Below are positions 16,643-20,776 of a DNA stretch of 20,776 nt, piece after piece; the first letter of the stretch is position 1, and every line of letters begins with the position of its first letter. Origin of the DNA: Chlamydiota bacterium (lineage in GTDB: Bacteria > Chlamydiota > Chlamydiia > Chlamydiales > SM23-39); the NCBI GenBank assembly GCA_050049995.1, contig JASFVE010000037.1:1-20776 (forward strand). Direction: 5' to 3'. The translations under genes were made by a program, and so were the position numbers. The notes under the pieces were generated by a model. It saw only the letters and a list, made by a program, of their open reading frames with translations, was not told the DNA's origin and searched no databases.

Positions 16643-18009
16643 AAATAGATTGGGTCAGTTTACTTGAGACGATTGATCGTCTTATGTGGGAAAAATTTCT
16701 TATTTTTCTCCTCTTATTTGTAGGACTTATCTTGACAGTCAGATTAAAGGGGATGCAGTTCCGCTATTTACCCTACGCTTTAAAGCTTGCTTTTTCAAGG
16801 CATGATAATAATGCTGAAGGGGATATCAGTCAGTTTCAATCTCTAATGACTGCACTTGCTGCAACTATTGGAATTGGCAGTATAGCAGGCATGGCAACAG
16901 CTGTCATGGCTGGGGGCTATGGAGCAATTTTCTGGATGTGGGTTATGGCCACCATAGGAATGGTGACAAAATATGCAGAAGCAATTTTAGCTGTAAAATA
17001 TAGGGAAGTTGATCATCGTGGTGAGATGTGTGGCGGTCCCATGTATTATATTGAAAAAGGACTTGGCTGGAAATGGCTAGGGGTATTATTTGCTATTTTT
17101 GGATCTCTTTCCGCTTTTGCAGGAGGAAATTTAACACAATCTAATTCCATTGCAGACTCGATGTATGCATTAATTGGAGTGCCTCATTATGTTTCCGGTT
17201 TAATTTTTGCCGTTATAACAGGGTTTGTTATTCTAGGAGGAATCAAATCTCTGGGAAAAGTAAATGCCATTCTAGTTCCACTTATGGCTTTATTCTATAT
17301 GATTGGGGGACTTATTGTTATTGCGGCAAACTATGAAATGATACCTGATAGCTTCCGTTTAATATTTAAGAATGCTTTTACAGGGCAGGCGGCTATCGGT
17401 GGTTTTGCGGGAGCCGGAATCATGGCGGCTATTCAAATGGGAATTGTTCGAGGGATTTCTTCCAACGAGGCGGGTCTCGGATCTGCCCCTATAGCAGCGG
17501 CAGCAGCAAAAACAGATGTACCAGGAAGACAAGCACTAATTTCAATGACGGGGGTCTTCTTAGCTAGTTTTATTGTCTGTACTATTACAGTATTAGTTAT
17601 TTCTCTTACAGGGGTATTAGGAAGTGTAGATGGCAATGGGAATGTTCTTAACGGAGCCCCTTTGGTTATGGCTGCCTTTAATACAGTGATTCCTCATGGT
17701 CAATGGATTGTAGCTATTGGTTTAATTTGCTTTGGCTTTTCTACTATCCTAGGCTGGTCTTACTATGGGGAAAAGTGTGTAGAGTACCTTTTTGGGGTAA
17801 GAGCTCTTCTAGTTTACCGTTTTATATTTATAGGTGTTGTCTTTATTGGATCCATGCTTACGCTAGATGTGGTTTGGTATTTAGTGGATATTATGAATGG
17901 GTTGATGGCTTTTCCTAATTTAATAGGCCTTATTTTTCTAACACCAGTAATTGCACTGGAAAGCAAGGGGTTTTTTGCTTTGCTGAAAAAAGAAAAAGAA
18001 AAATCTTAG
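16639..18009 (+). CDS. Alanine/glycine:cation symporter (AGCS; DagA/AlsT/AgcS family), copy 2
   Basis: 456 aa with the same motif set as copy 1. ATGA overlap (16639-16642) with the copy 1 stop. Confidence 0.93.
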   Translation: MKIDWVSLLETIDRLMWEKFLIFLLLFVGLILTVRLKGMQFRYLPYALKLAFSRHDNNAEGDISQFQSLMTALAATIGIGSIAGMATAVMAGGYGAIFWMWVMATIGMVTKYAEAILAVKYREVDHRGEMCGGPMYYIEKGLGWKWLGVLFAIFGSLSAFAGGNLTQSNSIADSMYALIGVPHYVSGLIFAVITGFVILGGIKSLGKVNAILVPLMALFYMIGGLIVIAANYEMIPDSFRLIFKNAFTGQAAIGGFAGAGIMAAIQMGIVRGISSNEAGLGSAPIAAAAAKTDVPGRQALISMTGVFLASFIVCTITVLVISLTGVLGSVDGNGNVLNGAPLVMAAFNTVIPHGQWIVAIGLICFGFSTILGWSYYGEKCVEYLFGVRALLVYRFIFIGVVFIGSMLTLDVVWYLVDIMNGLMAFPNLIGLIFLTPVIALESKGFFALLKKEKEKS

Positions 18010-18050
18010 AGCAGGATCTTCATTAAAATTACTTAAAGCCAGTTTATATT

Positions 18051-18092
18051 GGCTATTGAGAGAAGTCTTTTCAAGGCTATCTTTCAATAGCC
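18051..18092. terminator. Long hairpin between convergent genes (possible bidirectional terminator or 3' stabiliser)
   Basis: GGCTATTGAGAGA (18051-18063) pairs with TCTTTCAATAGCC (18080-18092), extended by AGTCTT/AAGGCT (18064-18069 / 18073-18078). No U-tract on either side, so terminator function is uncertain. Confidence 0.5.
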
Positions 18093-18107
18093 TCGATTGC
18101 ATGCAGG

Positions 18108-19682
18108 TTATGCTAAATTTAAATTGTGAACTACTTCTTGAACATCTCTTCGCCATGCTTCAAATAACTGTTGGTTTATTTCCCTTTGTTGATCAATTAA
18201 CTGATCAAGCGCGCCTTCATTAAGAGGGGTGGTTAAAGCATTAAATTGTTCTTCATTAAAAAATTGTGGAGAAGCGTTAATTCTAGAAAAGAGATCCAAG
18301 GTGTTGTTCACGTTAAAAAAACTAAACATCTCATTTAGTTGTTCTGCATTGAGAAAAGGAGTTAATGATCTATAAAAAAACTGTAGTTTTTCATGTGTTG
18401 ACGGAAGAACTTCTCCTTCTTGGTTTCTTAAATTATTTTGGAGCTCGCCAATTTTACGTAAAATTGTTTGATTAAAAATTGCTTTCTCTTGTCCTTGTAG
18501 ACTAAAATATAAATTTTTATAAATTTCTAAATATTCAGAATCAAAGGTGTTTAAAACTTTTTCAAATATATCAGATGCTGAGTGTTGAATGTTGAACCGT
18601 ACCCGGTTATTTCTTAATATTTGAAAAATCTCTACACTTCCTTCTCTTATAGCATAATTTAAAGAAGTATTATATTGCTCATCAATGCCTGATGGATCTA
18701 TATTTATCATAGGAGAGTTGAGGATGGCTAAAACCACATCTCTACTTTTACCTATAACTGCTTTTGCTAGTAAATTGTGACCTTGGTCTGTTGCTTGAAG
18801 ATCTAATCCACGTCCTATTAACCTTTCTAAGGCTCTTTGAGCCTCTACAACGCCTCCCAATAGTTCAACATCCCAATAAAAACAGACATCAAAAGCGAGT
18901 TCTTCTATTTGCTCAGGATTAAGCGGTGTTAGATCAATATTTGCTTGTATTAAAAGCCATATTGTTTCATGAGGTCTACGATCTCTCAAAGTTTTAGTGA
19001 TTACCGGTTCTCCTTCAACATCTATCATATTTACATCAGCTCCAAGAGCAATTAGTTGATTTGCCTTAGGAATTTTATTCTCGAGGTCTCCGTGGTCTTC
19101 TGAAAGGATCCAGATTAAGGACTGGCTTGCCTCTCTTGGATTTAGTGTAGGAATAACATCTTCATAATTATTCAAAAAATATAGTGCTATTTCAATGCCA
19201 TCATAATCTTCTATGTCCCCCCCTTCAAGTTCTTCACCTGGGGTTAACTGATATTCAATTATTGCACCTAAAGGAGTTTGATTGTTGGCGTTAATGGCAT
19301 TAATCTGAGCTCCAGCATCTATTAACAAATCTAATATTTGAGTAGTTACTATTGAATTACCAGCTCTAAAAGAAGCTTTATGCAATATTGTATTTCCTTG
19401 CATATCATTATTTTGTACAGCTTCAAAAAGTGCAATTCTTTGTTCTTGTCTATCTTCTGGGGGTAATAAAAGTTGCACATCTTCTAAGGTTTCATTCAGA
19501 ACCGCCCACTCAAAAAGCCTTGCTTGTTCTTGGATAGAAATATAGGGGAAAATCAAATCTTGATTATTTTTAAAAATAGTAAATGCTTCTCTTAGATTAT
19601 CTTGGAAGAGAGCATCTTGAAAGTTCTGTTCTGCTGAGCTTGTATAAAAAGTTGGATTATTTCCATTGTTTATAATTCTCAT
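18108..19682 (-). CDS. Ankyrin-repeat protein (candidate secreted effector)
   Basis: 524 aa with SD GAGGT 4 nt upstream of the ATG. Ankyrin motifs 'DMQGNTILHKA...LLIDAGAQINAIN', 'NNQTPL', 'LIALGADVNMIDVEG', 'LIGRGLDL..TDQGHNLL' and 'DEQYNTSLNYAIREG'. Confidence 0.85.
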   Translation of the reverse strand: MRIINNGNNPTFYTSSAEQNFQDALFQDNLREAFTIFKNNQDLIFPYISIQEQARLFEWAVLNETLEDVQLLLPPEDRQEQRIALFEAVQNNDMQGNTILHKASFRAGNSIVTTQILDLLIDAGAQINAINANNQTPLGAIIEYQLTPGEELEGGDIEDYDGIEIALYFLNNYEDVIPTLNPREASQSLIWILSEDHGDLENKIPKANQLIALGADVNMIDVEGEPVITKTLRDRRPHETIWLLIQANIDLTPLNPEQIEELAFDVCFYWDVELLGGVVEAQRALERLIGRGLDLQATDQGHNLLAKAVIGKSRDVVLAILNSPMINIDPSGIDEQYNTSLNYAIREGSVEIFQILRNNRVRFNIQHSASDIFEKVLNTFDSEYLEIYKNLYFSLQGQEKAIFNQTILRKIGELQNNLRNQEGEVLPSTHEKLQFFYRSLTPFLNAEQLNEMFSFFNVNNTLDLFSRINASPQFFNEEQFNALTTPLNEGALDQLIDQQREINQQLFEAWRRDVQEVVHNLNLA

Positions 19683-19804
19683 AAATACCTCAATTTAAAA
19701 AAAAGCGTTGTAGCTTAGCATGAAAGTAAAGTTTTAGTCTTTATGAATTTTAAAAAATAACTGTGAAATAAAAGAGGGGTTTTGAAGCTTACTTTAGGGT
19801 TTAG

Positions 19805-19836
19805 AGGCCCTCTCTTCAGTAAAAAAGAGAGGGCCT
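19805..19836 (-). terminator. Perfect 12-bp hairpin downstream of the second ankyrin gene (atypical terminator or stabiliser)
   Basis: AGGCCCTCTCTT (19805-19816) / AAGAGAGGGCCT (19825-19836) with an 8-nt loop, 7 nt after the stop at 19844. No U-tract follows on the - strand. Confidence 0.6.
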
Positions 19837-19843
19837 AGCAATG

Positions 19844-20776
19844 TTAAGATAATATCCTTTCTATAGAATGGATTTTGTTTTTTTTATCGTTATTAGGATT
19901 AGGGTTTACTTGAAAAAACAAGCTTATCTGCTGATGCATTGCCTGAATGAAAAGTTCTTTCTTATCATTTTGCAGATTTTTTAAAAGTGCTATCAATATC
20001 TCTTGAAAAGATTCTTTAGGTTCATCTTCTGTTAGTTTTCGTAATAAAAAACTGCATAGATTTATTGGATTAAAATCGGAGTTTTTTTCTATTAATAGCA
20101 AAATTAACTCACAATCCTCTGTATCCATTGCGTAGTTTAAAGCAGAGTTGTCATCAAAATCCTTAAGTGTTAGATCTATATTTTCTTGGTGAATGAAAAG
20201 CTTAATTACAGAGCGCATACTTGCTTGAAGATGCATGGATTTATTAAGCTTTTCTTGTTCTACATGTAGCATCTTTCTTAGCTCTTGCTGTTTTTCTAAA
20301 GGTAGATTTATTTCTCGCGCTAATACTTGTTCTAGTTCACTAATGGTGGCTCTTGTACCTTCCATTTCAGTCTGAAGGCCTAGATATTCTGTTATTGTTA
20401 ACATTAGAAGAGTGCTTCCGTAAAAGTTTTGTGCATTTATATCTGCCCCTTTACTTAGCATTTCAGTAATAATATCTAGTGGATTTTCTTGTGTAGGTAC
20501 TTCGCTCCAATATAAAACAGACCAAAATAACAATAGATCTTTTTGTTCTTGTGAAAAACCATCAAAGACGCTTCTGTCATTAAGATATAGAAATAATGTA
20601 GCTGGTGCTATTTTTTCTGATAAATCGTCCAATTGTTCTTGTATGGTAGGAATGTCTTCAAGGCCCTCATATTCTTGCATCGTTTCATGGATATATTCTG
20701 CATAGTTGTCTATCAACCACTCTAAAGGTGTATGATTATCTACATCTTTTTGATTAATATTTGCACCTTTTTCCAA
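19844..20776 (-). CDS. Ankyrin-repeat protein, paralogue of 18108..19682, 5'-truncated by the window edge
   Basis: The frame is open to the window end, so the 'start' TTG is an internal Leu of LEKGANIN. Motifs 'KGANINQKDVDNHTPL', 'MLSKGADINAQNFYGSTLL' and 'IDLTLKDFDDNSALNYA'. Confidence 0.85.
   Translation of the reverse strand: MEKGANINQKDVDNHTPLEWLIDNYAEYIHETMQEYEGLEDIPTIQEQLDDLSEKIAPATLFLYLNDRSVFDGFSQEQKDLLLFWSVLYWSEVPTQENPLDIITEMLSKGADINAQNFYGSTLLMLTITEYLGLQTEMEGTRATISELEQVLAREINLPLEKQQELRKMLHVEQEKLNKSMHLQASMRSVIKLFIHQENIDLTLKDFDDNSALNYAMDTEDCELILLLIEKNSDFNPINLCSFLLRKLTEDEPKESFQEILIALLKNLQNDKKELFIQAMHQQISLFFQVNPNPNNDKKNKIHSIERILS

Noticed and set aside
1176..17918. Short antisense or alternative-frame ORFs in the track (1176-1466, 2688-2927, 3923-4333, 5297-5614, 7333-7701, 8154-8363, 8182-8415, 9048-9236, 9205-9405, 9463-9711, 14191-14379, 15688-15894, 15979-16323, 17433-17636, 17703-17918)
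   Set aside because: All lie largely within well-supported genes and have no recognisable motifs. The similarity between 15979-16323 and 17433-17636 just mirrors the AGCS paralogy on the opposite strand.
17938..18156. 72-aa - strand ORF spanning the AGCS/ankyrin gap
   Set aside because: It overlaps both flanking genes, runs through the hairpin region, and its FFFFF stretch is merely the antisense of the Lys/Glu-rich AGCS tail.
19217..19223. C7 run (G7 on the coding strand) in the ankyrin gene as a phase-variation tract; also A8-A9 runs in atpD and the CCC gene
   Set aside because: The runs are short, the frames are intact, and G6 runs also occur in housekeeping atpA and atpI at Gly-Gly codons.
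1..20776. CRISPR arrays, tRNA/rRNA, IS/transposase, integrase, prophage, defence or toxin-antitoxin genes
   Set aside because: No regularly spaced direct repeats, the intergenic gaps are all about 160 nt or less, and every long ORF is accounted for by other families.

Overview
AT-rich, gene-dense bacterial chromosome window, most likely from an environmental member of Chlamydiota. The evidence is the V-type ATPase gene order DUF2764-A-B-D-I-K with no subunit F, a 140-aa subunit K that looks strongly chlamydial, a small chlamydial-type lipoprotein and tandem ankyrin proteins. In order the window holds: the 3' part of a V/A-type ATPase operon (predicted Na+-translocating) with its terminator, fumC, a NUDIX hydrolase divergent from a lipoprotein, a prokaryotic cation-chloride cotransporter (SLC12/CCC-like), a class I-alpha DAHP synthase, an Opu/ProU-type osmoprotectant ABC transporter, two translationally coupled AGCS (alanine/glycine:cation symporter) paralogues, and two paralogous ankyrin-repeat proteins. 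I found no RNA gene, CRISPR array or mobile element, and I cannot demonstrate a wholly new system. The best leads are: (i) the AGCS pair, in which both copies lack the family's consensus Asn and Asp and each has a different change in the FSNEAG motif; (ii) the clustering of Na+/salt/osmolyte transporters, including a CCC with a long Ser/Thr/Glu-rich N-tail; (iii) ankyrin proteins with insertions inside repeats and an alternating Trp-containing repeat; (iv) a 23-bp divergent gap that looks like a bidirectional promoter for two leaderless genes; (v) a DAHP synthase with KPRT changed to KSRT and an eroded allosteric site. All family calls come from motifs recognised by eye, not from database searches.
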